DNA of 64,000 nt from the NCBI RefSeq assembly GCF_001194135.2, contig NC_068983.1, forward strand, positions 138,549,285-138,613,284, given 5' to 3'. Below are positions 36,640 to 51,525 of this stretch, piece by piece. This DNA comes from Octopus bimaculoides. Taxonomy: Eukaryota. The position numbers and the translations under genes were made by a program. The stretch's first letter is position 1, and each line of letters begins with the position of its first letter. Below the pieces are notes generated by a model. The model did no database searches, had not been told where the DNA came from, and worked only from the letters and a program-made list of their open reading frames with translations.

Positions 36640-37990
36640 ACCAGAGATGGTGATAGAAAAGTCGTACATGAATAAGAAGTTTACGAAATTCAAAGGTCAG
36701 AGAATGAAGAGTGAAGTTCGTCACCCACCTGTGAAAGCAGTAATTAATGTAAGTAGTCAACATCTAGAAGGCTCTGAAGAAGCAGTACTAAACAAATGTC
36801 TCACCTTTGCGACAATCATCAAGGGCATTCCATACCTGGATATAATAGCCCCTGATGAAGCCATAAAGCTCAGGTAGATGACCTAAAGTAGAAAGTGAGA
36901 CAGGTGCCAAAAAAAGCGAAACGTCCCAAACCAAACATAACTAAGGAAGAAACGTTCTATATGTGATAAGTCTGTTCACCACAGTCAGTCCCGACTGGTG
37001 ATGCACTATCGGTGATTCAAGACAAACTAGTGACAGACACTCATCTAAAAGAACACACTACTATACCAATAAGAAACTTGATGGAAATATTGACCTTCTT
37101 TGTAGAAACTACCTACTTAAGTAAGGACACTGATATATAGCGACAGTAGAGGGTTTGTCTATGGGTTCGCCATTATCACCAATAATAGCCAATATATTGA
37201 GAATTTGGCTTTAGGATCAAGACAACTAAAACCAACCCTATGGCTGCGATATGTTGATGACACCTTCACACTCTGGCGCCACCAGGAAGATGTCCAAGTG
37301 CAGTTAGATCACGTGAACTCAATAAAGCTATCGATACAGTTCACAATGGAAAAGGAAAACACAATCAGCTAGCATTCCTGGACGTATCACTAACACGCAC
37401 CAAGTATGGATCCAGGACATCCATATACTGCAAGCCGACCTTCATTGGATTATAACTCAACTTCAATTCCCACCACTCATACAAAGTAAAAAGAGGAATT
37501 GCTCAGTGCCTAAAACATCGAACAAAGAACATAAGTAGCGATCGTGGTACACACCACGAAAAAAATGATCAAGCGCAATAACAATCTATTAAACAACAAC
37601 TACCCCAAAAACATACTATTCACTCCATTATGAAGAAAAGAGAGGATAAAGCCAATAAACTGTCCACGGTCTGTCTACCCTATGTGAAAGGCCTCTCCGA
37701 AAAGATACAAAAGATATGCTGCCCATATGACATCAAAACAGTATTCAAGAGTAATACAACACTTCACAAATATCTCCATCGAGTAAAACCACCAATAGAA
37801 GAGAATATAACCAAAGACTGCGTGTGCACCATACCATGCAGCCTTCCCCTCAAAATAAGGGTAGAGGAACATCGCAAAGCTGTGACACTGAAAGATATTG
37901 ATAAATCGGGTATAGCTGATCATGTATGTTAAAATGGAGACCACCTCTCCCTGTGGGATGAAGTTCAATTAATAGACAGATAGAATAAGT
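36640..37990 (+). mobile_element. Penelope-like retroelement (RT + GIY-YIG), decayed and internally deleted
   Basis: EEAVLNK..F, KPNITKEE, GLSMGSPLSPIIAN, WLRYVDDTF, IQFTMEKE, LAFLDV, CLPYVKGLSEKI, KIRVEEHRK..KSGIADH. Confidence 0.93.
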
Positions 37991-38004
37991 ACAAGACTTA
38001 GAAA

Positions 38005-38067
38005 CAATAAGTCCTGGTGCTCCAGCATGGCTGCAGTCAAATAACAAACAAATAAAAGAATAAAAGA

Positions 38068-38068
<1 letters not shown>
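38005..38068 (+). mobile_element. Family B SINE 3' tail
   Basis: aataagtcctggtgctccagcatggctgcagtcaaat..aataaaagaataaaagaa. Confidence 0.75.
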
Positions 38069-38109
<41 letters not shown>

Positions 38110-39070
38110 TTGTTTGAGTGTGCGCGTGTATATATATATAAATTATTTAAAATTATAATACAGGGTATCAAGAGATACCACCACGCTGAAAAAATAGCAG
38201 TCAAATCCTGACTCTAAAACCACAATAAATGTCCGCATGGCACGATTAGCGAAGACGAAGACCAAATAAGCCAGTAAAAATAAAGATAATTCCAAATCCT
38301 GGATTTCTGGCTTTGCATAAATAATAATGCTCTGCCTTCATCAGTGGAATATACTCAAGTACATAAATACAAATACATGTATATAAACAGTATACTTACA
38401 TATACGGACGTATACATACATATATATGCACGTATGCACACGACTAGCTTAAATAGCCCGCCTAAACAACCTTTCGTNNNNNNNNNNNNNNNNNNNNNNN
38501 NNNNNNNNNNNNNNNNNNNNNNNNNNNNNNNNNNNNNNNNNNNNNNNNNNNNNNNNNNNNNNNNNNNNNNNNNNNNNNNNNNNNNNNNNNNNNNNNNNNN
38601 NNNNNNNNNNNNNNNNNNNNNNNNNNNNNNNNNNNNNNNNNNNNNNNNNNNNNNNNNNNNNNNNNNNNNNNNNNNNNNNNNNNNNNNNNNNNNNNNNNNN
38701 NNNNNNNNNNNNNNNNNNNNNNNNNNNNNNNNNNNNNNNNNNNNNNNNNNNNNNNNNNNNNNNNNNNNNNNNNNNNNNNNNNNNNNNNNNNNNNNNNNNN
38801 NNNNNNNNNNNNNNNNNNNNNNNNNNNNNNNNNNNNNNNNNNNNNNNNNNNNNNNNNNNNNNNNNNNNNNNNNNNNNNNNNNNNNNNNNNNNNNNNNNNN
38901 NNNNNNNNNNNNNNNNNNNNNNNNNNNNNNNNNNNNNNNNNNNNNNNNNNNNNNNNNNNNNNNNNNNNNNNNNNNNNNNNNNNNNNNNNNNNNNNNNNNN
39001 NNNNNNNNNNNNNNNNNNNNNNNNNNNNNNNNNNNNNNNNNNNNNNNNNNNNNNNNNNNNNNNNNNNNNN

Positions 39071-39121
<51 letters not shown>

Positions 39122-39186
39122 CAAACATATACCTGTATGCATTTGTTTTGCAAGATCCCAGATGTGAAATCGTGTTGAAATATATC

Positions 39187-39488
39187 GTTATATTTCGGGA
39201 TGGCCATTTTTTTGCCATATATACACACGCACTATATATTCGTTCTCCACTTCAGATTTATTATTGTTTTATATGTCCTTTGTCTGGAAATCTTTTATCC
39301 CACATACTGTGACACCTTTAGCGACTCTCCTTCTCACAAGTCTCCGCCCGTTCTGTTTAGTCTATTGTCAATAACCAAAGATTTCCACACAAAATACATA
39401 AAGTAAGAACGATACTAAATCTGAAGTGATGAACGAATATATAGTGAGTGTGTTTATTTGGCAAAAAATGACCATCCCGAAATATAAC
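39187..39488. mobile_element. MITE, ~300 bp with ~82-bp terminal inverted repeats in a TA-rich site
   Basis: gttatatttcgggatggccattttttgcc..cacttcagattta versus taaatctgaagtg..ggcaaaaaatgaccatcccgaaatataac. Confidence 0.85.
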
Positions 39489-40884
39489 CATATATATATA
39501 TATATATGTACACACATATATATATACGTACATTCATACACACGCGCGCTCACACACATATGTATGTACATGTGTGTGTCTGTGTCTGTATATATATATA
39601 TATATATATNNNNNNNNNNNNNNNNNNNNNNNNNNNNNNNNNNNNNNNNNNNNNNNNNNNNNNNNNNNNNNNNNNNNNNNNNNNNNNNNNNNNNNNNNNN
39701 NNNNNNNNNNNNNNNNNNNNNNNNNNNNNNNNNNNNNNNNNNNNNNNNNNNNNNNNNNNNNNNNNNNNNNNNNNNNNNNNNNNNNNNNNNNNNNNNNNNN
39801 NNNNNNNNNNNNNNNNNNNNNNNNNNNNNNNNNNNNNNNNNNNNNNNNNNNNNNNNNNNNNNNNNNNNNNNNNNNNNNNNNNNNNNNNNNNNNNNNNNNN
39901 NNNNNNNNNNNNNNNNNNNNNNNNNNNNNNNNNNNNNNNNNNNNNNNNNNNNNNNNNNNNNNNNNNNNATAAAGTAAGAACGATACTAAATCTGAAGTGA
40001 TGAACGAATATATAGTGAGTGTGTTTATTTGGCAAAAAATGACCATCCCGAAATATAACCATATATATATATATATATGCATATAGATATATGTATATAT
40101 AGGTGTCTAGATATATCTCTATGTATATATACATGAATATGCATATGTATATGTGCGTGAGTTTATGTGTGTGTGTGTGTGTGTGACTAAGTTCATTTCT
40201 AAGTGTAGGAAAATGTTTGCAACTATAAAGTTTTCTCAGATGATAAATGACGAAAAAAGAAAAGAGTGACGGACTGAATGAAAATATCTATCAATTATTC
40301 TTGTCTTTAGTTCTTCACAGAACGTATAAATATATGGAATTAGAGTGAATGTAAAATCGATCGGCTAATGCAATAGTTATGATTTTTATCATAAAATTGA
40401 AGTGATAAAATGTGTCAAGTAGTTTCTCGTTATTTTAGATGGAAGAGAAATCTAAAAGTTTTTTCTACTCATAAGTGTGTGATATAGGGTGTTAAAAGGG
40501 AAGGATATAGAGGATAGAACACAAAGAATTATAAGCATTAGGTTGTTATAAAGTCCTCAAAAAAATGTTGGAAATTGAAATTTAATATTATGAAAATGTT
40601 CTCAAGATATGACAAGATTATAACATCTTTAACTGAAATGTGTTTTTGTGTCTGGAAAATTAAAAATAAAATTAAAGAAAAAAATGTTAAAAATTTATTT
40701 CAGATTCAAGCAAAATAAAACGCATATTCACAGAAATATATGAAATCATTTATGTCCATATAATATTCGTGATGTGGTGATTGATAGCAGTGTTAGCGAT
40801 TTTCTGACAATGCTTGAGCATATGTTTAAGGAAGTTTTTTGCGTATTTAAGTACCAAAAGTGTGAATACGTTTCTATGAAACTA

Positions 40885-40948
<64 letters not shown>

Positions 40949-41010
40949 TGTAGTAGTAATAGCAGCAGCAGCAGCAGCAGTAGTAGTAATAATAATAATA
41001 ATAATAATAA
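40885..41010. repeat. (TAG)n-(CAG)n-(TAA)n compound microsatellite
   Basis: Direct reading. Confidence 0.97.
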
Positions 41011-41399
41011 CGATTATTCCACACGCATGCGCACTAACACATATATTTGAGTATATGGAAAAACAATTCCGTTAGAATTGTATTTTAAAACACGACTTTA
41101 TTTTTTTTGTTTAGAATAATTATTTTTCTGATATTTTTGTATAAATTCCCTGTAGTTTCTTTGAAACTATAAAGTTCTAAATCAATAATCAACGTTTCAA
41201 TACTTTCACGATCTCATTTCAAGTAAGAATTGGTGATGGTTCATGCTACTACCTCTTTAAATGTTTATAAGATCAATGTGATTGATGTAGGTATTATTAT
41301 TGGAATTTCATTATCATTGCATGTTGGCGTTTTTGCATTTAAGTTTGACTAGTGTAATGGTTCCGACAGTATCTATTTTAATATTATATTGCTATATGA

Positions 41400-42310
41400 G
41401 AATTAGTTTTATCTTTAATATTCTGAATACATGAAGAATTCTGCACAGCATAGATATATTTTAAGCTGATGCTTTGCGCTCTAGTTTATATTCATGTGGC
41501 ATAGTTCCTTGCGTTCGTTCCTTGTCAGTATATGGTTTGCAAGTGGTAGAGTGTCATAACTGTGTGAGTATTGTAACAGCTGTAGTCGTAATTTTTACAA
41601 CTTCCACGTTTACAATCAGATGCATCACGTTGGTTGTTGTTTCATTGCAAGTTTACATGGCTGTGCTTTATTGCACAATTTCAAACTTTAGTGTCTTTGT
41701 AATATGTTATTGGTTTATGGCTTCGTATGAGCGATTTTGTATTTTGATTTATAAGGAATTTTGTAGTGTTGATGTATTTCCCTGTTGATATGCATTTGTT
41801 TCTTATATTTTGCTTAGCCAGTATAATTTTGATGCAGATAATATCTGAACTAGTTGATTCATTATATTTATGTATCTTGCATTTGGCACATCAATTTGTT
41901 AGAATACCTGCTGTTTTTTAGTGTATATTACATTTTGTGGATTCTTTTATCCATTGCTTCTTTTATAGAAAGGAATCTCACTAACCTTCAAAGTAGGGCA
42001 TTTTTTGTTGTGGACTGTATTTCTGTGAAACTCCACTGTCTCTATATAAGTATAGAATATATTTGTTTATTTGGTGTAAAACGGAAGTGATATATCCGTT
42101 GTTTCTATCCGAAAAAAGGAGGTATTGTATTCTTATTTTTTATCTGCATCCTTTGGATGAATTTTAGTGCGGAGATTTTTGTAGGTTATCTTCCAATTTT
42201 TCGACGCTATCCTCTGCAATCATTAAAAAGCGTGAATTTTCCCTATATTTGATGTGTGTTGTACGCTTATATCATTCCAGCATTTATTTTGTATCGATTC
42301 AACTTGTATT
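41400..42310 (-). mobile_element. Highly degraded retroelement, possibly Penelope-like
   Basis: A-rich minus strand with faint KSLIRSH..NC.IK.C pattern; no clean motif. Confidence 0.3.
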
Positions 42311-42894
42311 TAATACCGCGAACGTGGACCTAGAGGTAGATCTAGTGGGATTACAGGCACACAGATTGCACTATCAAATCATGCAAATTTGAACGCCTTT
42401 GCTCTTTCACAAGGGTTTGCTAAGTCCCAAACATCAAATTACAAATGTCCATTTGATGTAACTAGGTAAAGAATGTAATTTTGTAATTCAGCTACGTGAA
42501 AGAGATTTGTTCGTCTTTTGTTCAGAATCTTCATGTATGTATATTTGTATGACACGATCCATTTAAATGTTTTGTCAAACGAGTATTGCTCTGAAATTCT
42601 GGGGAACAACTTTCTTAACATAACAGTATTATATTTGATCTCGAGGCATCATTTAAGTATTTGTTTTCATGTCACTGGCATCTCGTATTTTGTGACATCT
42701 GTACAGCGATTTGAAATCAATCGCCAATAAATCTCACTTGATGAAATGTTTGTTAAATGATTAAAACAACTTTTTTAATAATGGTACTTTTGAGCCCTCA
42801 GTCTATCACTGGCGAGCACAAGTGGTAGCAGTTAGAAACAGTGACAACAATACTCTCTTTTTTTACCAACTATTTACATGCAATTAACTGCTAC

Positions 42895-44520
42895 TGACAC
42901 CTATGCACTCCGAATACAGACGATTTCATGCGTTCTGTTTCATGCAAGAACTATATTTGAAAGCAGCATTAGTTCATATTCCACTCCATAATAGCAATAC
43001 CCTGGTTTTCAAGCTCTTGGAAGCTTTTTTTCCAGTTTACTAATTTACACTTTTGCATGACTAATGTCGTAAGTGCTTCTGAAAGAATGATTGATGATAT
43101 AATTACCAACAATATCAAGGGAGTTTATACAACTCACGAGAATTTTATGGTCATTGGCGAAATGATTGAGGAGCATGATGGAAACTTCGGTCTATTTCAG
43201 TACTGAACAACTCCAATATTATATAAACAATGACAAATGTCTTCTCGGTCAGACATTCATTTGTTACTCAGAATACACAATAGAAACAAATTCACTGAAA
43301 AGGATGGGGGAAATTGAAACGTCTTGCTGATTATCTGATACCGGCTAATACTATATAACTACACCAAATTAGTATTTTCTTTATCAGAACTAAGTCAACA
43401 TCCTACTAAATATTATTTTTCCACAGCACAAAGGCGTCTGCTAAAAACCTCAGCAGTAAGTTCCTTTCGTCCTGCTATCTTATCCGATGTTCCTCTACTC
43501 TTTGAACTAATTAACATTCCAAATGCCCTATCTCAGTACAATAAGCAATTCGCTTTGTTTTCCAGAACTTATCAAAATTTGAGTAACATTTCTCACCAAC
43601 TAAAATGTGTGTTAAGGCTATCCTAGAAAATGTTATGAAATGGCAAATCTGTTTAGTGTGAGGCAATACTGCATTAGACACTGTTCAATAAGAAAAACGA
43701 AAAATGATACAATTTCATAACCTTATAGAATTATCTGCTAAAAATTATGACCTGGTGAATATAACACAACCGCTGATGCTATATTTTACAATATTTCCTG
43801 GAATTCCAAATTTACATACGTTTTTGTGTCATCCGAGAATAACTCGATTTTAGAACAGTCATATATAATAAGAACTTGTACAATCTAAAAAAAACAAAAC
43901 AATCATGCTACGATTCCATCATTTACTTGAAACTGAATCAACGAGTCTACAACCCGCTTCATGCAAAATTTATCAAGCCTACACAACAATTTGAACGTCT
44001 CAATGTCGATTTGAAAGATCCCATAATCTTATTTAATGTTTGTAAGTATGAATAAATACAATGCTCATTGCGTTTGCGGGCTGAGATATATCTGCAATAA
44101 TTCGTTGCCTTCAGAATACATATTTCATGTTTGATACTCCAGGGTCAATTCACAAATGACAAGAATTCTCATATATGCCTTGAGAAATTATAGTATTCAG
44201 ATTGATTTCATGAAAGCTACAGAAAATCGACGGAGTGACATTTTACCGCTTCGCGTCACACAATTAGGTCTCTCTAATGCATCCCGACTCATTCTATGCT
44301 TTATGAACAAGTACTTAGCTTAATCGTCACTCGTAATGGGACAGCTGTCTGGATTCGTTTTGCTTAAATTCTGCAATAAATATGAACTCTAGCTCGAAGA
44401 AGCTAAATCGATTGATGCTACTTAACGAGATGCAAGTATCACATACTAAAAACTCAGTTGTACACACGTCGTCATCTGGAAGACAAAGTTCTCAGAAAAT
44501 TTTATCAAACAATGATGGTA
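42895..44520 (+). mobile_element. Gypsy/Ty3 LTR-retrotransposon pol remnant (RT-RNase H-integrase)
   Basis: TNVVSASERMIDDII..EEHDGN (RT), ALSQYNKQFALFSRT and KAILENVMKW (RNase H), LCHPRITR and KPTQQFERLNVD (integrase), in Gypsy order; no LTRs seen. Confidence 0.8.
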
Positions 44521-45903
44521 GCTGTATGAAAAACCTATTGAGAAAAATTCCTAAGCAAGTTCTTTGTTTGCTACAAGATATTCTGTCGATGAATGTCCCT
44601 CTCGCATTATCAGAAGTCTTGTTCAACAAGCACGACTCTATCATTCAGATTCCCTCTTCCATCGACCAGAATCATGATGGGATCTGAAAGATTAAAGCTT
44701 TAAATTATCAATAAACTCCACAAGGTCATTATTGCAAAGTTTAGCTGAAATTTGTGAACCAATCGCAATCCGAAAAAAAAAAAAAGAAAAATATATTACC
44801 GGCCACTTTTACCTTGATACTTCGAACACCGAAACTCCAAATTATAGGCGAATAAAACTCGTCGCATGTTTGAGCAACCTTTTCAACTCAGAATGTATGA
44901 TGTTATATTTATTCATTAAATATTGTTATATAATTGAGTAATTATATGTTCATGTTTTTATGTTTCTTTAATAACAATAGTTTTGCATTTTCGAAACAAA
45001 TACGGCAATATTTTATTATACCAAAATCCGTGCAGTCTTCAGATATTAATATATAGGTTCGCCATCCATGTTATAGTTTGTGAATGACAGTATTATCTTT
45101 GCAATGCGTTGACGTTAATATTCAGAAGAAGACATACAAAAGAGAACATACACTGCGATAAAAGTTTTATCACTCAGGAAAACATTAAGAGTACGATAGG
45201 AAAATGTCAAAACGCTGATTATAGGTTGCTATTGGTATATTTGAATGTGAACGCTTTATTTTCATTGTCTTAGTAAAATGTAATATGTGCTAAGATCATG
45301 TACTAATTGAATAGATAACAATTAAGAAGCACGAAATAATCATGTCAGATAAGAAAGCGAAACATATTTACGAGATATGAAACACATTAGGAAGAGAAAT
45401 AAAAATAAAACGCAATTTCCAAATAGCACTGCTCTTCGTTTTGAATTAGTAGAGTAGTGAATGAGAGGTCAGGTAAGCGACTGATTAACAACGTTCTATA
45501 AAATTATAGTCTAATCCGCCTCGTCTCCGAGTTCAAGTCTTTAAAGTGTCAAAACAGTTTTCTGTCTCAGAATGGGCGGTTAAAAGGATACAAAGTACAC
45601 TATGTTTATTTTCTTTATTAAAAACCCCTACAAAACAAAAGATGCAAACAAAATAGAAACTGAATTAGTGTAATTTACTCAGTTATTTATTAGTCCATGA
45701 GAATCGATAAAGCAGTTACAATACTATTAGACCAATTAACAACAATCCCATTCCCCTATATAAAACTGGAGTTGTTTCAACGTAAAACCATTACTGCGAA
45801 AATCATTGCTTTAATTGTGCAACAAAGATTAAGAATTCATCATGAATAGCCGAAACTTATTTACGATTGCAAATCGTTGTGACAGTTATTTAATCCGTGA
45901 ACA

Positions 45904-45942
<39 letters not shown>

Positions 45943-45945
<3 letters not shown>

Positions 45946-46342
45946 TGTTTCAGTCATTTGACTGCGGCCATGCTGGAGCACCGCCTTTAGTCTAGCAAAT
46001 CAACCCCAAACTTATTGTTTGTAACCCTAAAACTTATTATATTGACCTATTTTGTCGAACCGCTAGGTTACGGGGAACGTAAACACACCAGCATCGGTTC
46101 TCAAGCAATGTTTGGGGACAAATACAGACACACAAACATACATGCACACAAACTCACACACACACACACACATACACACACATACGACGGGCGTCTTTCA
46201 GTTTCCATCTACCAAATCTACTCACAAGGCTTTGGTCGGCCCGTGCCTATAGACACTTGCTCCGGGTGAAACGCAGTCGGTCTGAACCCGGAACCACATG
46301 GTTGATAAGTAAGCTACTTGCTACACAGCCACTCCTGCGCTA
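45943..46342 (-). mobile_element. Family B tRNA-SINE, full length
   Basis: Reverse-complement head agcgcaggagtggctgtgtagcaagtagc..ggttccgggttcag; tail aaggcggtgctccagcatggccgcagtcaaatgactgaaac. Confidence 0.93.
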
Positions 46343-47192
46343 TTGTGTGTGTATATATAACTTTATCTTACTCACATAACTTATGAATTAGTTGGTATGT
46401 AATCATCACTTTTATCAAATATATGTTCAGACACTCATCTTGGTAATCTTACCAACGTTTCGATCACTTTTTATAATCATGTCCCTCCCTTAAACCGGTA
46501 ATTGAAAGCAGAATATCAAAACCTTCTAACAAACAATTTGCACTTCATGTGACCAGAAATCCTATATTTGTCAAGGAAATAAATATATTGTAGAAGAACA
46601 GATCAAGAATTATGAGTAACGATGCAGTCTACATAGGTTTTGTTACTATTTTCTGAAAGTTTTATGCGCTATGAATAAGAGATATAAACATAGCTTTAAG
46701 CCTTTGAACTGAACCCGAGAAAGAACTGAATTTTTCTCCGTATCATCGAGTAAAGATATATCTCAAACAGACTACATCCATGATTAGTTTTCGTTTACTT
46801 TTGTAATGAAAGCTATCGTATTTCTTAAACATCGCTTCCTCATTGAAGAGCTATTAACGATAAATCATTTGTGTATGTATTACAAAATGTAATAAGGCTA
46901 CGTACCAATAATAACTACTGGGCTATGGAAGAGCGAAACAATAAATATAGATGTCTGATGAGGAGGTTAATACAAAGAAAATTATCACTGATTTTCACTG
47001 AAAATTGTGGGAAACATTCTTTACCGCTCTATACTTTAGATTCCTACATTGAATTCAGCATATAAGCCTCTTACCTAAATTCGTTGGACCACCTTTATCA
47101 GTTCAAACTGTAACCAGATATTATTCTGGAGATTCGTCACTGTCATATGCATATTCTAGTTATATGGAGATATTTCCTGAATTGTCACTATG

Positions 47193-47258
<66 letters not shown>

Positions 47259-48198
47259 CAAAGGGAGAGTGCGCCCGTGTATTCCTATAATGCTTGGGAA
47301 AATCGGAATTGTTATTTACGTATAATGAGGAAGCTAGTGCATATAGATAGTGAATCAGTTGGTTATCTTGCAAGTTGAAATTCCTGTTATTTTTCCCCCA
47401 ATTAAAATCGTATTGTCAACCATAAAACTGTCTCTGATTATCATCAATATGTATTTGTCGAATAAGTTTACAGAGAGGAAGGGAGGAAGAAAGAGAGAGA
47501 GAGGGGGGGGCAGGGGAATAGGGAGTGATGGAATGAGGGAGAGAAGGAGACCGTGGGGACGGTTATATTTCAGCATTTTTACATTACTTATGCTTTTAAT
47601 GCTCGTGGTCTCCTAATTCACATTAGGAATGTTCCTGAAGATAAATAGTATGCCACAGTTTACGAAATGAATAAAAGATGATAAATCCTGTGTAATTATC
47701 CTGGACATGGCATATTTTCACAGAAAGTTATCAGAATAAAAAAAATGAAAACATTAGAAACCACCAGCTACAATCATGAGGAAAATGTATATCAATTGAA
47801 TAGAGTAATAGCTGTTTTGTAAAGTAAGCCCTTAAATTTATTTAAATTGTTAGCATTAGGAAATTGTTGGCTTCTCAAAAGCAGGAGAGGGGGCAGAATC
47901 GAATTACGTCTGCTTAAATTCATATAAAACTTAAAAACATACACTTAGGATAAAATTAGCCTTGCTTCATTATCTTCAATCTGAAATATTTAGGCGGTAA
48001 TATATTTAAGTGCTTCTATTATATGAGCAGCAATCATTTATCGGTTATTTCATGAATATAGACTTAAATGAAGGAATAAACAGAACAATACATAAAGACA
48101 TGCATGTAGGTATATATGTATATGAATACACACACACATACACATACACACATATATGTGTGAGTGTGTGTATGTACAATATATATATAATGTGTATG

Positions 48199-48271
<73 letters not shown>

Positions 48272-49296
48272 AACATATATATACATATATGAATATATAA
48301 ATGTATGTATACAACATATATAGAGTATATGATATGTATATATATACACACATACATTATACACACACACATATATGTATACATGCATACATATGCATAC
48401 ATATATATACACACATATATATATATATATACACATACATATACATACGCTATATGTCTGTGTATGCATGTGTATGCATAGCATGTATGAATTCATAAAT
48501 TCCTGCACGGACGTATAGCTATACGTGTTCGTGCGTATATGCATATTATATAATCAAGAATATGAATTCATTGGATATATATTTAGATCAAAAGGAGGTT
48601 ACCTACTAGTAAAAAATATGTGAAGTCAATTTGCAAAACTACGAAAGCAGCAACAAACTACAATCTATATAGAGTATGTGCGGGTAGCTGCTAGAATGAG
48701 AAAAGGCAAAGAGAGGATGGGAACGTTATTCTGTGAAAGAGAAAACAAGTTGGAATTTATTAGGGGATAACCAAATGCTGAATGGTATTTTGTTCGGTGC
48801 TCAACTATATCTACATTCCGAAAATATTGAAATACACGATTAAAACAATTCACTGAATTCCTCACTTTGAAGACGCACGCTCTTGGTGCTTAAGGCTGTA
48901 CACATAAGGATGTACACCACTCTATATAATTCAGTTCCGCAAACGCTAGGAGTGCTACAAAAATTGCCACTAATCGTGAAACGAGAGAACGAAGGTTCAG
49001 TGTTTATAAAAATTGAATTCGATCAATTATGGAGTAAGTCTAACAATTTTAGACAAATGTATAACAATGCATAGTCAACCAATTCACAACAGATTTGATG
49101 ATAGCTTTTAGAGTTATTGTTGATGATAGAATTGGACCAGTGAAACAAAACAAAAAAAAAGCGCAAAAGCAAAACAAACTCACTTTTAAATTATTACACG
49201 GTAGATATGTTTTTATTACGGTAGTTTTCTACAAAATGTTAACAATCCGTATCCTATATTAATTTCACCACAAATTATCATATATTCTGTTATTAT

Positions 49297-49712
49297 ATAG
49301 GCGCAAGAGTGGCTGTGTGGTAAGTAGCTTGCTACTAACCACATGGTTCCTGGTTCTTTTCCCACTGCATGGCATCTTCGACAAGTGTCTTCTACTATAG
49401 CTTCGGGCCGACCACAGCTTTGTGAGTGGATTTGGTAGACGGAAACTGAAAGAAGCCCGTCGTATGTATGTATATATATGTATATATGCATGTGTATGTA
49501 TATGTTTGTGCGTCTGTGTTTCTCCCCCCAACATCGCTTGACAACCGATGGTGGTGTGTTTACGTCCCCGTAACTTAGCTGTTCGGCAAAAGAGAGCGAT
49601 AGAATAAGTACTAGGCTTCCAAAGAATAAGTCTTGTGGTCGATTTGCTCGACCAAAGGCGGTGTTCCAATATGGCCGCAGTCAAATGACTGAAACAAATA
49701 AAAGAGTAAAAG
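49297..49712 (+). mobile_element. Family B tRNA-SINE, full length
   Basis: ataggcgcaagagtggctgtgtggtaag (A box)..internal TA/TG tract..aaggcggtgttccaatatggccgcagtcaaatgactgaaacaaataaaagagtaaaag. Confidence 0.95.
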
Positions 49713-50604
49713 CGTATATATTCCAATTATCATTTGACATGGCCTCACAACAACCCATTAGAGGTTCATGACCCGTCATAAGAAGTTTTCTGCACAACTT
49801 TACAAACATTCTGCACAAACTTCCGAGCACTGGCTTAAAAGCTGAGGAGTTATCCACTTACAAATTTCAAGAACACAAATACATATTGATATTCTCGCAA
49901 TTGAAAATTCGGTGAAGCAATAATGGATCTCTAAAAACCAACCTCTCAAAAGTAGTATCCTTATCAAGTACCTCACATAACATTAAAAGCTATTGTTTTT
50001 CATGCAAATGAGTGTCAGAATAATTATTCTGAACGATTTGTCATTTAACAGGCATATTTTGTTTTCAGACTCACATGTAACATAATGTGCGTCCTGTCAC
50101 TTCTTGAGTTAGTATGGTGAAAACGTAGTTTCACGAAGGACAGCTAGTGAGATCAAAACGTGTCCAGGGCGGTTACTTGTATTTGTCGAAATGCTTAAAA
50201 TAATACTAATCATTGAGCTAAAGGTGTAACCCCATCGCGTAGGTATTTCTAATTAAAACTTACACATTCTAAAATACATATCTTTAACTTGCATTTTGAT
50301 TTTAGCAACTAATAGAAATATGCAAAGAAAGTGTAAATCCAATGGAATTAACTTCACAACATGACTGCTAATATTTATTCAGTATTGTTGGGGAGGGTGC
50401 GTGTATGAATAAAAACAGTGTCTATCTTAGTGGAATTTCTATTCAGGATGTAAAGGGTTTAGCACTTTATCAGAAAGTGTATCAGTTTTACTTCTTTAAT
50501 ATAAAAAAAAAATGTACTCCATATTACTGGCACGTACTTTAATATATTGCCATATACTTTCAACTTTGTGAGGAAAAAGCTTTACAACTAGTAACACGCC
50601 TTGT

Positions 50605-50696
<92 letters not shown>

Positions 50697-51349
50697 GTAT
50701 ATATGTATGTATGTATGTATCACAGGATGAAAGGTATTTGAATGGTGTTTTATTGTTCAGAAATCATTTCCTCACAATACTTATTTTTCGCTTCTCTTTT
50801 CCTTTCCATTTTATGTTAAAGTATTGTGTGTCAAAATGGTATTTCTATGTTGATGATAGTTTTATGTTCTACGTTTCTAGTCACACGTTATAATAGAAAT
50901 ATACATTAACTTCATGTAAATGTTATTTCCTGTAGCGAGATACATACAGCTGCTACAATCGACCTCAATATTGTGAAGATATACAGCAATAGTTGTCGGA
51001 TTCAGTTGAGTGGGAGACAAGATACCTTGCAGCATATAGCTAAGTCCTCTTTTGTTCTGTGTTCAAATTTTCTGCAGTTGATTGTGCTCTTTTTCCAGTA
51101 TCGGTAAATTATCTACAGTGAAATATTGAGAGGTATGTTTGTGACCCATGTTAAAAAATCATAGTACTGATTATGTTTACTCAATCAACCCTTGTTGCAA
51201 AAATGTCAACTTTCGCACTAGAAGAGCGGGTTAAACTAAACATAATAAAACGAGTAGCGGTTTGTCTGTTATTTCTCTCGTCCTCTTTTAGAAGCCGTAG
51301 TTCCAAAATCCTTTCTACTATAGGCACAAGGTTTGAAATTTTCATGGGA

Positions 51350-51525
51350 AGAGGATAGTCAATTACATCGACCCTAGTACTCAAATGAAACATTTTTTTA
51401 TCGACCCCCGAAAGGATGAAAAGCAAAGCAACCTTGGCGGAATTTGAACTCAGATCATAAGGACGGACTATATGCTGCTAAATGTTTTGCCGTTGTGCTA
51501 ACGATTTTGCCAGCTCGCCGCCTTA
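51350..51525 (-). mobile_element. Family A tRNA-SINE
   Basis: atcgacccc.aaaggatgaaaagcaaag..gcggaatttgaactcag..gccagctcgccgcctta. Confidence 0.88.

Noticed and set aside
46453-46525. Minus-strand exon-like segment GFDILLSITGLREGHDYKK
   Set aside because: In-frame stop before the donor; the other frames are also closed.
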